DNA from: an uncultured Clostridia bacterium
GTDB lineage: Bacteria; Bacillota; Clostridia; TANB77; CAG-508
Reading direction: 5' to 3'
Length of the DNA stretch: 64,000 nt
Assembly (NCBI GenBank): GCA_947625835.1
Contig: CANQPY010000001.1
Coordinates: 6,763 to 70,762 of the forward strand
Shown: positions 1 through 10,598 of the stretch, one piece after another
How positions within the stretch are numbered: position 1 is the first letter of the stretch
Layout: every line of letters starts with the position of its first letter
The notes under the pieces: model-generated
Databases searched by the model: none
Told to the model about the DNA's origin: nothing
What the model saw: the letters and a program-made list of their open reading frames with translations, nothing else
Program-made: the position numbers and the translations under genes

Positions 1-2
1 TT

Positions 3-134
3 GAGTCCTTAGCTAGCATGATAAATAATGGGACGGTAGATAAAAAAGGATACCCATTTTTTGAAAATACATTTGAATATTTTGCAACTAACCTAACAAA
101 TTATCATAAATTATATTTGGATAGTGTTGATTAA
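3..134 (+). CDS. 3' end of a gene truncated by the window edge (probable virion structural protein)
   Basis: Open frame ESLASMINNG...YLDSVD*, followed by an AAGGAGG RBS for the next gene. Confidence 0.5.
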   Translation, partial: ESLASMINNGTVDKKGYPFFENTFEYFATNLTNYHKLYLDSVD

Positions 135-148
135 GGAGGCTAAGAGTC

Positions 149-835
149 ATGTCAGTAGCCTTATATGATAGAATGGTAAAGGATAAAATAGCAGGATGGG
201 TAATTGACCCAGATATGCTAATATTTGGGCCTGACGAAACAGCCGAAGCATTTAAGCATCAAATAGATATAAAAAATGATAAACCAATTCAATTACCATT
301 AATAACAATAAGTAGAGATAGAGACATTGATATAGACCTTACAGCTAAAAGACCTCTTACATACATGGGTAAGACATTTAATGCGAATGGTAATTTTGCA
401 GATCATCTAAATGCAGTCCCAATAGTATTAAGATATCAATTAGATATTTATACAAGATATCAAACTGATGCACATGAATATGTAAGAAACTTTGTATTTA
501 ATATAATAAATCACCCATCAATGGAATTATTAATCCCATATAATGGATCCAATTTAAGTTATATATCTTATATGTCTTTAGTATCCCCTATAAGTGATAA
601 TAGCGATATACCTCAAAGATTGATTCCAGGCCAATTTACAAGAATGACACTCCATTTCAATCTTAACGATGCCAACCTATTTTCTTATAGTAATAAAACC
701 ATACCTAAGATTACTCAAATTCAAATTGTACCTGAATTAAAATATAAAATGGAAATAGATATAGAAGACATAAAAGCCAAATTAAACAAACCAAAAACCA
801 AAAATAAGGTATCTGTAAAGATACTTGATGATTAA
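149..835 (+). CDS. Putative tail completion/terminator protein (T4 gp15-like)
   Basis: Lies directly before the sheath gene; 'LPLITISR' and 'YQLDIYTRY' pattern resembles tail-completion proteins. Confidence 0.55.
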   Translation: MSVALYDRMVKDKIAGWVIDPDMLIFGPDETAEAFKHQIDIKNDKPIQLPLITISRDRDIDIDLTAKRPLTYMGKTFNANGNFADHLNAVPIVLRYQLDIYTRYQTDAHEYVRNFVFNIINHPSMELLIPYNGSNLSYISYMSLVSPISDNSDIPQRLIPGQFTRMTLHFNLNDANLFSYSNKTIPKITQIQIVPELKYKMEIDIEDIKAKLNKPKTKNKVSVKILDD

Positions 836-848
836 AAGGAGTTTATAG

Positions 849-2333
849 ATGCCTAAAATACGAATTTTTGAACAAGATAATACAGGTGCTGATTATGCAG
901 GAGGTGAGACAGTAGTATTTGTACCTGGTCCAGTTGAAATACAGACAGATAGTAATGGTAAAAGTCTTGCAGATGATAATAGTTGCGTCTATATTAGCAC
1001 CACAAATTATAATAATATAAATAAATTTTTAAATACAACTATAGGTAGTGGTGATAGCTTAAGTAAGTTGGATGAATTAAAATTAAAAACTATAGCATTT
1101 ATACAGACATGTCTTTCTCATAATATGGATGTTATCTATTGCTATATTAAAGATTTTGGTACTCCCATACATGTAGGAAGCATCCCAAAAGGCACATATG
1201 AAAGTGAAGGGAGGGATGCAGCCATTGCAGCACTACCTACTGTAACAGTAATATTTCCAGGCTCATTAAGTACAGCTTTAGACGAAGGACAGGAAAATTA
1301 TATTATTTCATATAATACTGATAGTAGTTTCTTTAATTTTCTTCAAGATAAAGATAATTATAATATTAAATTTCTTACTACAGGTTGTATCAATGCAATT
1401 AGTTGTGTTTTAGAACCCGATCAAATTTTACAAGATTCAAGCAATACTGTAAATGCTAAGTTTGATTTTAGTATTGTAAATATATTAAATCAAATAGCAT
1501 TTGATCGTAAAGATTGTGTAGTTTTATTAAGTGTGGATTATGATACCGATAAAGTAAAGAATGGTAACGTGTTTGCAGGACAATTAAGTAATGCAATAAA
1601 TGCTGGAAGCAATAATGTACAACAAGGCAAAGAATTAGTAACTACAGAGGGCCAAGAAAGTTATGGTGCCATCTTCCTTCCCAACCTTACAGCTACACTT
1701 AATGTAGAATCGCACACAATATCAACTACTATGCCTAGTGTTTGGGGTTACTTAGCAGATTATGGTACATGTTTAGGTAATGGTCAAGAATGGTTACCCA
1801 TTGCTAACTCTACAAGAGGTAGCGTAGAATCCTTAGGTACTCCTGATTTAACAGTTACTAAGTACTATATGGATAATGAAATCATAAAAGATGAAAATGG
1901 ATCCAGCTTTAATGGCATAGTTAATTTAAGACCCTATGGTAGTGTAATTTGGGGTGATAGAACATTGCTTAAACTTACCACTTCAGTTAAAGCAACAGCC
2001 TATCTAAGTTTAAGAGCCCTAGTTTGTGATATTGCTAAGCGTGCATATCAATCAGCCATTAAAAATACTTATGAATCAAATAATGATGTTACATGGTTTA
2101 ACTTCAAAACAAGAATTGTAGACTTACTAGGTGAAATGGTAGCAGCAGGAGTATTAAGTAATTATTCAATTACCAAGCAATCTCCTACCAGCATATCAGG
2201 AGATAATAAACCAGTATCTCTCAATACAATTATTTGTAAAATCACTATATATCCTAATCTACCTGTTGAGAATTTTGATATCTATATTAATCTTGAAAAT
2301 GCCGAAATTAACGCAACAGCAGGAAACGCATAA
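849..2333 (+). CDS. Tail sheath protein
   Basis: C-terminal sheath motifs 'VIWGDRTL', 'YLSLRAL', 'YESNNDVTW'; precedes the tube gene. Confidence 0.9.
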   Translation: MPKIRIFEQDNTGADYAGGETVVFVPGPVEIQTDSNGKSLADDNSCVYISTTNYNNINKFLNTTIGSGDSLSKLDELKLKTIAFIQTCLSHNMDVIYCYIKDFGTPIHVGSIPKGTYESEGRDAAIAALPTVTVIFPGSLSTALDEGQENYIISYNTDSSFFNFLQDKDNYNIKFLTTGCINAISCVLEPDQILQDSSNTVNAKFDFSIVNILNQIAFDRKDCVVLLSVDYDTDKVKNGNVFAGQLSNAINAGSNNVQQGKELVTTEGQESYGAIFLPNLTATLNVESHTISTTMPSVWGYLADYGTCLGNGQEWLPIANSTRGSVESLGTPDLTVTKYYMDNEIIKDENGSSFNGIVNLRPYGSVIWGDRTLLKLTTSVKATAYLSLRALVCDIAKRAYQSAIKNTYESNNDVTWFNFKTRIVDLLGEMVAAGVLSNYSITKQSPTSISGDNKPVSLNTIICKITIYPNLPVENFDIYINLENAEINATAGNA

Positions 2334-2351
2334 GGGAAATAGGAGATAAAA

Positions 2352-2966
2352 ATGACACCCAAATCAACACCAACAGCCAATAATCCTAGTGCTTATCATA
2401 TATCCCAAAATAAAGTAGAATATAACCCTCAAAGAAAAAATAACTTTATTCTAGTTGTAAACTTTGAGGATGATCTCCCAAGAGTAGGTAGTGATGATGG
2501 TACTACAAACAGTGAAGACATAATTTCAGCATCCGAAGCCCAAAATCAAGTTATCCTAACTCTAAGAAGCTGTACTACACCAAATGTAACTTTAGGAAAT
2601 TTACCAGTTAACAGGGGTAATTCAGTTATTAAATTTGCAGGCAAACCCGAATTTGGTGATATTACATTTGAGGCTTATGATTATATAGGAGCCAATATAA
2701 AAGATACCTTACTTGCATGGCAAAACCTAGCATATAATAGTAAATATGACTATATAGGTAATGCAAGGGGATATAAAAAACATTGCCAATTAATACAGCA
2801 AACACCAAATGGTACAATGGTTAGGTATTGGGATATTGAAGGCGCATGGCCTAAATCAGTAGAGCCAGGTGATTATGACTATACTAGTGAAGACCAGCAA
2901 ACAGTCAGCTGTACCCTTTCCATTGATTGGGCAGAAATGCACACACCTGAGGACTTTACAGTCTAA
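2352..2966 (+). CDS. Tail tube protein (T4 gp19-like)
   Basis: 'IKFAGKPEFGDITF', 'WDIEGAWP', 'CTLSIDW' motifs; follows the sheath gene. Confidence 0.9.
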   Translation: MTPKSTPTANNPSAYHISQNKVEYNPQRKNNFILVVNFEDDLPRVGSDDGTTNSEDIISASEAQNQVILTLRSCTTPNVTLGNLPVNRGNSVIKFAGKPEFGDITFEAYDYIGANIKDTLLAWQNLAYNSKYDYIGNARGYKKHCQLIQQTPNGTMVRYWDIEGAWPKSVEPGDYDYTSEDQQTVSCTLSIDWAEMHTPEDFTV

Positions 2967-2973
2967 GATATAT

Positions 2974-3015
2974 AAAAAGGCTGACTACTTAACAATGGAT
3001 GTAGTTAGCCTTTTT
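2974..3015 (+). terminator. Intrinsic terminator after the tube gene
   Basis: AAAAGGCTGACTAC...GTAGTTAGCCTTTTT hairpin with T-tract. Confidence 0.8.
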
Positions 3016-3048
3016 CATTCTTAAATTAAAAAAAAAATGGAGGCAAAA

Positions 3049-3810
3049 ATGGCAGATTATACTATTGCCGAATTTGGTGAATTACCAAGTAAAGGTAAAA
3101 TATATAAAGAAAACATTAATCCAGTGGTACATCTTCGTACAATGACTACAGAAGAAGAAATGAGAAGATTATCCCCTACAGATTACCCCTATAAAGTACT
3201 TTGTTCTATAATAGATGATTGTCTTGTAGAACCTATAGGTATTTCTTCTTATGATATGTGTTTAGGAGATTACCAATATTTATTACATAGACTAAGAGTC
3301 GTTACTTATGGTAGTGAATACCCAAGTTCTTCTTTTTGTCCTGTTTGTGGTAGAATAAATAAAGTAATACTAAATTTAGATGAACTTAAAATACTACCTT
3401 TTGATGAACAAGAAATTGAAGATATTCTTAATTTGGAACTCCCTGTAAAAGGCAGTAAAATTAAATTAAGATTTACCACACCTAGGGATCTTGATGAAAT
3501 AACCAAAGAAGAAAAAGAGTTTCAAGAAGCCAACCCAGATAATGAAGTCAATATAAACTATCTACTTCAATTAAAACATTCTATTGATACAGTAGATGGC
3601 CGACGTTTAGATAAAATAAAATTAGATGTATTTCTCCGCCAACTAGCAATGAAGGATACAAATGCAATTTATCAAAATATGATAAAAATAAATGAAAAGG
3701 TAGGCATAGATACACACATTCAGAATGTTTGTACCAATCCTAAGTGTGGCGCGCGTTACGCGACTACCTTTCGCATCACAAATGAATTTTTTGGACCCAC
3801 AATTAACTGA
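3049..3810 (+). CDS. Baseplate hub assembly chaperone / tail assembly chaperone (T4 gp26-like)
   Basis: 'LPSKG', 'MTTEEE', CPVC and C-terminal CxxxxC...FF motifs; GGAGG RBS before ATG at 3049. Confidence 0.75.
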   Translation: MADYTIAEFGELPSKGKIYKENINPVVHLRTMTTEEEMRRLSPTDYPYKVLCSIIDDCLVEPIGISSYDMCLGDYQYLLHRLRVVTYGSEYPSSSFCPVCGRINKVILNLDELKILPFDEQEIEDILNLELPVKGSKIKLRFTTPRDLDEITKEEKEFQEANPDNEVNINYLLQLKHSIDTVDGRRLDKIKLDVFLRQLAMKDTNAIYQNMIKINEKVGIDTHIQNVCTNPKCGARYATTFRITNEFFGPTIN

Positions 3811-4015
3811 AGAGGGTGAACCTTACGGCCCTGCAAAATACAAAGAAATAGTAAGAGAAAGGTTCTTCATATCCAAACACAGTAATATTTCTTATTCAGA
3901 TACAGGCAAAATGTCACCTACAGAAAGAGAATATATAAAGGGCTTTATAAGAGACGAATTAAAAGAACAGCAAAAAATAATTGATAAAATGAATGAAAGA
4001 TCAGGGAGGAAGTAA
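3782..4015 (+). CDS. T4 gp51-like small chaperone, possibly expressed as a frameshift extension of the upstream gene
   Basis: 'SYSDTGKMSPTEREYI..ELKEQ' resembles gp51; overlaps the upstream ORF at a T6 run; sits immediately before the tape measure gene. Confidence 0.6.
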   Translation: MNFLDPQLTEEGEPYGPAKYKEIVRERFFISKHSNISYSDTGKMSPTEREYIKGFIRDELKEQQKIIDKMNERSGRK

Positions 4016-4018
4016 AGA

Positions 4019-5983
4019 ATGGCAACAGGCAGTATTAGCAGAGCAGCCGCTGATGAAGGTACTGGACAAACTTCAAGAACTGATTTAGCTGAAAAACAAT
4101 TTAAAAGAAGAGAAAAGTTAGAATTAGCCCTTCAAGAAAAACTAACCAAATTAAAAGAAAAAGGCGATAAAAACGCTGAGAATAAGATAGCAAAAGAAAG
4201 AGAAAAACTACTCAAGTATAATCTTGAATATGAAGAAAAAGAAAGAACACAACTAGAAAAAAAGCTTGCAGAAGAAAGACAAAAATTAGAAGATGAGATA
4301 AACCAAAGAAGCATAGCCAGTTTAAATAAGCGTGGTGAAGAACTAGGTAAAAAAATGGGGGACGCTCTAAATAAATATGTCCCCGGTGTAGGTAAAGCAT
4401 TAAATGCCCTTGGTGGGAGTGTAGAAAAGTATTTATCCATTTATACTCAATATATGACATCAATCAGTACAAGAATTCAAGGAGCAGGTGCTGGGTTTAC
4501 TTTTCAATCTATAAATGAAACCATAAGAAAGAATACAGCTTTTAATCCTTTTATTAGGTATGAAGATACTTTGGATAAGTTGAGTGAATTGGTAGATGCA
4601 GGTATTGCAGATAATCTAGTTCAAAGGGCTTTCTTAGCCACTATTTCAGATAAAATTGCAACCACATTTGATGCAGCAGAAAGTAGTTTGTTAGAGATAG
4701 TTCGTATTCAACAAAGAGACACAACTGCAGCTCGTTTAGGTATGGAAGCAGGCTTAACAAGACTATTCAACTATTATTTTAGTGATACAAGTTATCTTAG
4801 TAATACGTTCGATGCAGTACAAGAAGCCATGATTGATCTGAGTGCACAATTAGATGAAAAAACATCAGTTGAATTAGAATATATAGTGCAGAAATGGTTA
4901 GGTTCTTTAGGTTCAGTTGGTGTATCTAGTAATGTACTTCAAAACTTAGCTCAAGGTATTACCTTTTTAGGTACAGGTAACGTGGATGCACTAAGTAGTA
5001 ACCAGTCATTACAAAATCTATTAGTAATGGCTTCTAGTAGGGCCGGTTTAGATTACAGTGGAATGCTAACAGGGGGTATTACATCTGCACAAGCAAACAC
5101 ATTATTGGCAAGTGTAATTTCATATGTGCAAGAAATTGCAGGTTCTAGTAATAATGTAGTTAAGCAACAGTATGCTCAATTATTTGGTTTATCCATGGCT
5201 GATATGGTAGCCTTCCAAAATATTAGTAATGAAGTATTAGATAGTCTCCTTCAAAATGGAATGACATATAGTAATACATTACAAGAATTAAATAGTCAGA
5301 TAAGTCAAATAGGTAGTAGAATGCACTTATCTACAATGATTGACAATGTATTAGATAATGCAATGGCATCTGTAGGTGTTAGTATATTAAATAATACTGG
5401 ACTTTATAGTATGTGGAAAGCAGCAGATATGCTGGAATCATTAACAGGGGGTATAGAATTGCCCTTCATTTCCGCATTAGGTACAGGTATAGACTTAAAT
5501 ATGTCTCTTGAAGGATTAATTAAAGGGGGCATTGTGGGTATTGGCGCTATTGGTACATTAATATCAGGAATAGGTGCATTAGGTAGAGCAGCAAATGGAG
5601 GAATACTAGGCACATTTAGTTCAGAAGGTGTATCAAGTTTATGGAATGTAGGACTTAATAAAGGTACAGGTTTTTCAGGTTATCAAAATGCAAGTCAATT
5701 ATCAACTACAGCTTCCTCTACCGCATATGTTTCTTCAGGTAGTGAGTTAGGTATACAGCAATCCTTAAGTGATGAACAAAGAAAAACAGGAGAACAAGTA
5801 TCGGGAGAAGAAGATTCGCTTAGTGCAAGCGAAACATCTGAAATATTGAAAGCACTGGATAAAAACCTTGAAGCTATTTTGGACTATTTTGAGCACGACA
5901 ATATGGCCAACCCTCTATCTGTTAGGTTTGCAGATAATTCCCCATTTAGCTACACAGGGACAAGTGGTTTACATGATATTTAA
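4019..5983 (+). CDS. Tape measure protein
   Basis: Helical coiled-coil, Ala/Gly/Leu-rich 654 aa protein located after the chaperones. Confidence 0.75.
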   Translation: MATGSISRAAADEGTGQTSRTDLAEKQFKRREKLELALQEKLTKLKEKGDKNAENKIAKEREKLLKYNLEYEEKERTQLEKKLAEERQKLEDEINQRSIASLNKRGEELGKKMGDALNKYVPGVGKALNALGGSVEKYLSIYTQYMTSISTRIQGAGAGFTFQSINETIRKNTAFNPFIRYEDTLDKLSELVDAGIADNLVQRAFLATISDKIATTFDAAESSLLEIVRIQQRDTTAARLGMEAGLTRLFNYYFSDTSYLSNTFDAVQEAMIDLSAQLDEKTSVELEYIVQKWLGSLGSVGVSSNVLQNLAQGITFLGTGNVDALSSNQSLQNLLVMASSRAGLDYSGMLTGGITSAQANTLLASVISYVQEIAGSSNNVVKQQYAQLFGLSMADMVAFQNISNEVLDSLLQNGMTYSNTLQELNSQISQIGSRMHLSTMIDNVLDNAMASVGVSILNNTGLYSMWKAADMLESLTGGIELPFISALGTGIDLNMSLEGLIKGGIVGIGAIGTLISGIGALGRAANGGILGTFSSEGVSSLWNVGLNKGTGFSGYQNASQLSTTASSTAYVSSGSELGIQQSLSDEQRKTGEQVSGEEDSLSASETSEILKALDKNLEAILDYFEHDNMANPLSVRFADNSPFSYTGTSGLHDI

Positions 5984-6016
5984 TAAAAAAACAACCCTGA
6001 TTGAGGAAGATAAACA

Positions 6017-7498
6017 ATGTTTAAATATAATGAAAGTTCTCAAACCTGTAGTTTCATACAAAATCTACTAAGATCAAAAAATGTTCCTATGCTTCCCATT
6101 TTGAGAGATCCTGAAGGGTTATTTAGTTCTAAGGGCACTACTAATGATTCGATAATCCCAAAAGGATTTTCATATATACACGATGGCTATTTTTATTTAG
6201 GGCAAGGTGATATAGAGGGTAAGCCTATACCACCACTAAGAAAAGAAAAATACATATTTGGAAATAAATATCCGAATATGACCAATAATTATATCCCAAA
6301 AGAAAGTTATTACAGTTCGGAATTACATGAATATCTTGGAGAATACTTAAGGGCATATAGAGACACTTATAGAGTAGACTTAATGGGTCTATATAATTGC
6401 TTTTCAAATAGACTAATCTCCAAAGTATCTCTTCCAATGATTAGAAGAGAACGCGATAGTTCCAGCGAAGCGGATGCGGGGCAGAAAACAACCTCTCTAT
6501 TTACCACATGGTATAAATTCAATGAGCCCAACAATAATTATAAAGTTACATGCTTTCCTATTAAATTTAATATGGAATATAAAATTAAAATATACGGTAG
6601 TATAAATGGTAATATCATTATTCAACCTATATTTTATTTTAATGGAGACTACCTAAGTTTATCCCCAGAAGGGGGAAACCCAGAAGCATCAAAAATCACT
6701 AAGCCCATAGTATTTGAACCACAAACACGTATCTATACTAACAGTATGACTTATGAATTAAATTTAAAAGATACTGCAGGTTATATTCTTCGAGATATTC
6801 AAAGTGCGGGAGATTTAACTGAAAGGGAATTAACTAAATATTTATTAGAGAATGAAAAGTATTTATATTTATTTATCCAGGTACCTCAATCACAAGAACT
6901 CCAGATAAGTGTTATTGAAGAAGCAGAATACTTTCAAGTAGTAAATAATACGCTCTTAAATTTAAAAGTAAATTATAATGTACCTTTTAGTGATAGACTA
7001 CTGGAATTTCTTACAGAGAATGTAATTACTCCCTATGATAGTATAAATCAAAATATAACAAGAATACAAACTATATTACTATCAAGCGATTTCAAAAAGA
7101 AATATTATAAAGAACTCATAGATAACCCCTTATATGTTCCTATATATAGCAGAACAACAGAGGGAAATAATCCTTATACAGAAGCTGAAAAACAGGATGC
7201 AGTTATAAGAGGGCATTATAAAAAATTAAAAAGACTTATTAACCCAAGTATTGAGGAAAAACAAAACAACGAGGGCGAAGATATTCAAGTTCCCCCTTTC
7301 AATATAATAGTAGCAAGTAAAGATGAAATTTACTCACCAATTCCAGGGGAATATGATGATACCATGAGAGTTCTTTTATATTTTATATTTACAAATATGG
7401 GCATTCCAGATTTTACAGGCTATGTGGATAAAGATGTAGAAGACTTATTATTAAGATGTGTGGGAGACAACTTAAAAGTAAAACTAAAGGAGATATAA
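6017..7498 (+). CDS. Hypothetical tail/baseplate-associated protein
   Basis: 493 aa ORF with RBS inside the baseplate module. Confidence 0.5.
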   Translation: MFKYNESSQTCSFIQNLLRSKNVPMLPILRDPEGLFSSKGTTNDSIIPKGFSYIHDGYFYLGQGDIEGKPIPPLRKEKYIFGNKYPNMTNNYIPKESYYSSELHEYLGEYLRAYRDTYRVDLMGLYNCFSNRLISKVSLPMIRRERDSSSEADAGQKTTSLFTTWYKFNEPNNNYKVTCFPIKFNMEYKIKIYGSINGNIIIQPIFYFNGDYLSLSPEGGNPEASKITKPIVFEPQTRIYTNSMTYELNLKDTAGYILRDIQSAGDLTERELTKYLLENEKYLYLFIQVPQSQELQISVIEEAEYFQVVNNTLLNLKVNYNVPFSDRLLEFLTENVITPYDSINQNITRIQTILLSSDFKKKYYKELIDNPLYVPIYSRTTEGNNPYTEAEKQDAVIRGHYKKLKRLINPSIEEKQNNEGEDIQVPPFNIIVASKDEIYSPIPGEYDDTMRVLLYFIFTNMGIPDFTGYVDKDVEDLLLRCVGDNLKVKLKEI

Positions 7499-7499
7499 A

Positions 7500-8093
7500 G
7501 TGAAATTTAATCTAATAGATAATTATATTTATATCTATCAATTAAATAAATATGTAATAATCCCAACATATCCTGAACAAATAAGTGACAGTTTAGGCTC
7601 AAACTTTGCCCAAACTAACATATTATCACGTACAGCTCCTATATATTCATATTCAGGTTCAGGGCCTCGTAGAATTCAATTTAATATAGGTTTACATAGA
7701 GATATGATGACCCAGTTTAATAAAAATAATAGAGCATTTATTGAGGGTGTAGATATTGGAGACGATTATGTAGATACACTAGTTAGGTATTTACAAGCAA
7801 TGGCTCTACCTTCTTATAAAGTAGGGCAAGTGCAGTCAGCTATAAATTCAGGTAAGTTAGTTAATCCACCAGTAATTGCAGTGAGGTTTGGAAATACACT
7901 ATTTATAAAAGGTATAGTAGATGGAGTTGTAGGCGTAGACTACTCAGGTCCAATATCAAAAGATAATAAATATCAATTAGTTAATGTAAATTTTACAGTA
8001 GCTGAAACTGAGCCTCAAGATGCAGAGACATTAGCTAAGTGGGGAAGTTTTAGAGGTCTTGAAGCCGTGATAACAAAAGGCCTATATAAATAA
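7500..8093 (+). CDS. Tube initiator-like baseplate protein (gp48/gp54-like)
   Basis: 'SRTAPIYSYSGSGPR', 'PPVIAVRFG..FIKGIV' pattern; position in module. Confidence 0.6.
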   Translation: MKFNLIDNYIYIYQLNKYVIIPTYPEQISDSLGSNFAQTNILSRTAPIYSYSGSGPRRIQFNIGLHRDMMTQFNKNNRAFIEGVDIGDDYVDTLVRYLQAMALPSYKVGQVQSAINSGKLVNPPVIAVRFGNTLFIKGIVDGVVGVDYSGPISKDNKYQLVNVNFTVAETEPQDAETLAKWGSFRGLEAVITKGLYK

Positions 8094-8108
8094 TAGGGAG
8101 CTATAAAT

Positions 8109-8426
8109 ATGGCAAATGCAGTTAAAAACTATAAGCAATATGACTATATAAGCAGATACGAGAGCTTCCCTTACTATTACGATCCTGTAAATAACAGATA
8201 TTACTATGGAATTACATCTTCATTAAATACAGATACTTCTTATTCTTTATATGAAGTAAAGGCTGGAGATAGTTATGACAGTATAGCCCTTGACTATTAT
8301 GGGTGTGCTTTATTTTACTGGGTTATTTGCGACTATAATGAAATATTTGATTCCCTTGAACCCCCAACTATTGGAACCAAAATCAAATTACCTGCGCTTA
8401 ATAATATAAGATTTGTGCAGAAATAA
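8109..8426 (+). CDS. LysM-domain baseplate protein (gp53/gpX-like)
   Basis: 'YEVKAGDSYDSIALDYYG...YWVICDYN..GTKIKLP'. Confidence 0.8.
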   Translation: MANAVKNYKQYDYISRYESFPYYYDPVNNRYYYGITSSLNTDTSYSLYEVKAGDSYDSIALDYYGCALFYWVICDYNEIFDSLEPPTIGTKIKLPALNNIRFVQK

Positions 8427-8449
8427 CACAGTGTTTGGAGGCACTCAAT

Positions 8450-9718
8450 ATGGCAACATCTTTAATTTCAACTACAACTAGGGTAGAAGTGCCTTATATA
8501 TCTGTTCAAATAGGCGAATACTCTTTTGGTTTATACAACAGGACTAAAGAAAATATACTAGTTAATGGGAAATATTATTCAGCTATAAAAGTCAACTACC
8601 CCAATTTTGTTCAAAGATTAACTGTACAAAAAATAAATGGTAAATTAAATAATTACGCTCTTACTCTTGAATATCAGATTACAGAAAATGATGATCCAGA
8701 CTTAATTAACAAAATATTAAGCTCAGTCTCTAAAAGCAGAAAGATAATATTTACCTATGGTGATTGCGCTACTCCTGCGTTTATGTATAGATGTGAAGAA
8801 GCCTTAATAACTAAGGTAACATCAAATATGGATATTTCAAATTCCAAAATTACCTACACTATTAACGCCGTAAGTTCAGCAATGGGGTTACAAGCAGGGG
8901 TTAAAGATTTCCCCAGATACACTAGTAAAAAACCAAGCGATGTAATAAAATCATTATTGGCTGATAAGACATCAGGGCTTCAAGAAATATTTTATGGGAT
9001 GCATGATTTAGAAGCAGTTGCACAGCTGGGACTTATTCCAGGTGATGATCGTGCGGTAACACTTCAAGCAAAAACAAATATGTCTGTATTAGATTATCTA
9101 AATTATCTTATCGAAAATATGTCAAGTATAAACGATACAGTAAACGGGGTAGCAAAAACTATCAGATATGTAATGACTATAAATGATGATATTTCAGGTA
9201 TCCTTGGAGGCCCATATTTTAAAATATCCAAAGCATACAATTCAGTTCAGGCTAATACCTCTATTGATTATTATAATATAGATATAGGCTACCCTAACAA
9301 GGACTTAGTTATAAGCTTCTCAGTAGATGATGATGAAGCCTATTCTATACTTTATGATTACTCTAAAAAATTAGATTTCTCAGATTATGTATATCGTATT
9401 GGAGATGAAGGTACTGTAAATAAGATATATTCACCAGCACTAATTAATTCTAAGCAATATTTACAAATGACAGGGGTAGATAGAAACTGGTGGTCTCAAA
9501 TGACCCAGTATCCAATTACTGCAACCTTGAGAATAAAAGGCTTATTAAGAGCAGCCATATTAATGAGTTATATAAGAATAAACATTTATTTCTATGGTAA
9601 AAAACACAGCGCTAGCGGTGTTTATATTATAACTAAACAAATAGATGAGATAAGTAGTAGTGGCTACAGTACAACTCTATCATTAGTAAGGGTTCAAGGA
9701 GTAGACTATGCTGACTAG
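8450..9718 (+). CDS. Baseplate hub protein (gp27/gpD-like)
   Basis: C-terminal 'SGVYIITKQIDEISSSGYSTTLSL'; lies between the LysM and spike genes. Confidence 0.7.
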   Translation: MATSLISTTTRVEVPYISVQIGEYSFGLYNRTKENILVNGKYYSAIKVNYPNFVQRLTVQKINGKLNNYALTLEYQITENDDPDLINKILSSVSKSRKIIFTYGDCATPAFMYRCEEALITKVTSNMDISNSKITYTINAVSSAMGLQAGVKDFPRYTSKKPSDVIKSLLADKTSGLQEIFYGMHDLEAVAQLGLIPGDDRAVTLQAKTNMSVLDYLNYLIENMSSINDTVNGVAKTIRYVMTINDDISGILGGPYFKISKAYNSVQANTSIDYYNIDIGYPNKDLVISFSVDDDEAYSILYDYSKKLDFSDYVYRIGDEGTVNKIYSPALINSKQYLQMTGVDRNWWSQMTQYPITATLRIKGLLRAAILMSYIRINIYFYGKKHSASGVYIITKQIDEISSSGYSTTLSLVRVQGVDYAD

Positions 9719-10202
9719 GGCTATTGTTGTAGAAGTAGGTGAAATAGGGACCGAACATGAATATAAACTTAAAGTAAGGATGCCTATAATTAACGGTATA
9801 GTTGATGGAAAGGGATCAACTGCAGACGCAGACCTAAGTTGGGCTTCTATAATGTATATTCCTGGTCTAAATGTTCAATACCGCAAAGAAGATATAGTGA
9901 TAGTAGGATTTGAAGATAATAATCTAGACTATCCTTTAGTATTGGGCCATTTAAGAGCAAAAGGGAACGATGTAAATAAAGGTGCGAGAATATCGGGAGA
10001 TGTACAAACCCTCATGGTGGAAGATAGGTTTGTAGCTCCTACAGATGTTATATTAGGTAAAACAGCCTATTCCGCAATATTCGATAATATTAATGATGGG
10101 TCCGGCACAATATCTAAAGAAGACCAAGCTAAATTAGATGGATTCAAAATACAAAAAGTCGGGGATACCTATATTATAAGTTATAAACCACAAGCACAAT
10201 AA
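9708..10202 (+). CDS. Baseplate spike protein (gp5/gpV OB-fold)
   Basis: 'LKVRMP', 'DIVIVGFEDNNLDYPLVLG'. Confidence 0.75.
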   Translation: MLTRAIVVEVGEIGTEHEYKLKVRMPIINGIVDGKGSTADADLSWASIMYIPGLNVQYRKEDIVIVGFEDNNLDYPLVLGHLRAKGNDVNKGARISGDVQTLMVEDRFVAPTDVILGKTAYSAIFDNINDGSGTISKEDQAKLDGFKIQKVGDTYIISYKPQAQ

Positions 10203-10226
10203 TTATAAAATTTAAGGAGTAGTTTT

Positions 10227-10598
10227 ATGAATGCGATAGGTTTTCCAGATATGATATCGTCCAATAAGGCAGTAATTATCAAAGACATAGATGCAACTAG
10301 ACAAAACCTTAATCTTCTCCTTACCTCATATAAGAAAACAATGCTTGGTGATCCTTATTTTGGAACCAATCTTCGTAAATTGTTTTTTGAAAATAATAAT
10401 GCAATACTAAGAGATCTAGTAATTGATGATATATTTACTACAATAAATACTTTTATGCCTCAAATACGTGTATTAAGAAAAAATATAGAAGTAATATCAG
10501 ATAGGAACTCAGTTTATGTAAATATAAAAGCACAAAATTTACTAGACTTTAGTTTCAATGAATACAATATTAAATTATTAGAAGTGGAGGAAATCTAA
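10227..10598 (+). CDS. Baseplate gp25-like protein
   Basis: 'QNLNLLL...GDPYFGTNL..LFFE...FMPQI'. Confidence 0.85.
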   Translation: MNAIGFPDMISSNKAVIIKDIDATRQNLNLLLTSYKKTMLGDPYFGTNLRKLFFENNNAILRDLVIDDIFTTINTFMPQIRVLRKNIEVISDRNSVYVNIKAQNLLDFSFNEYNIKLLEVEEI

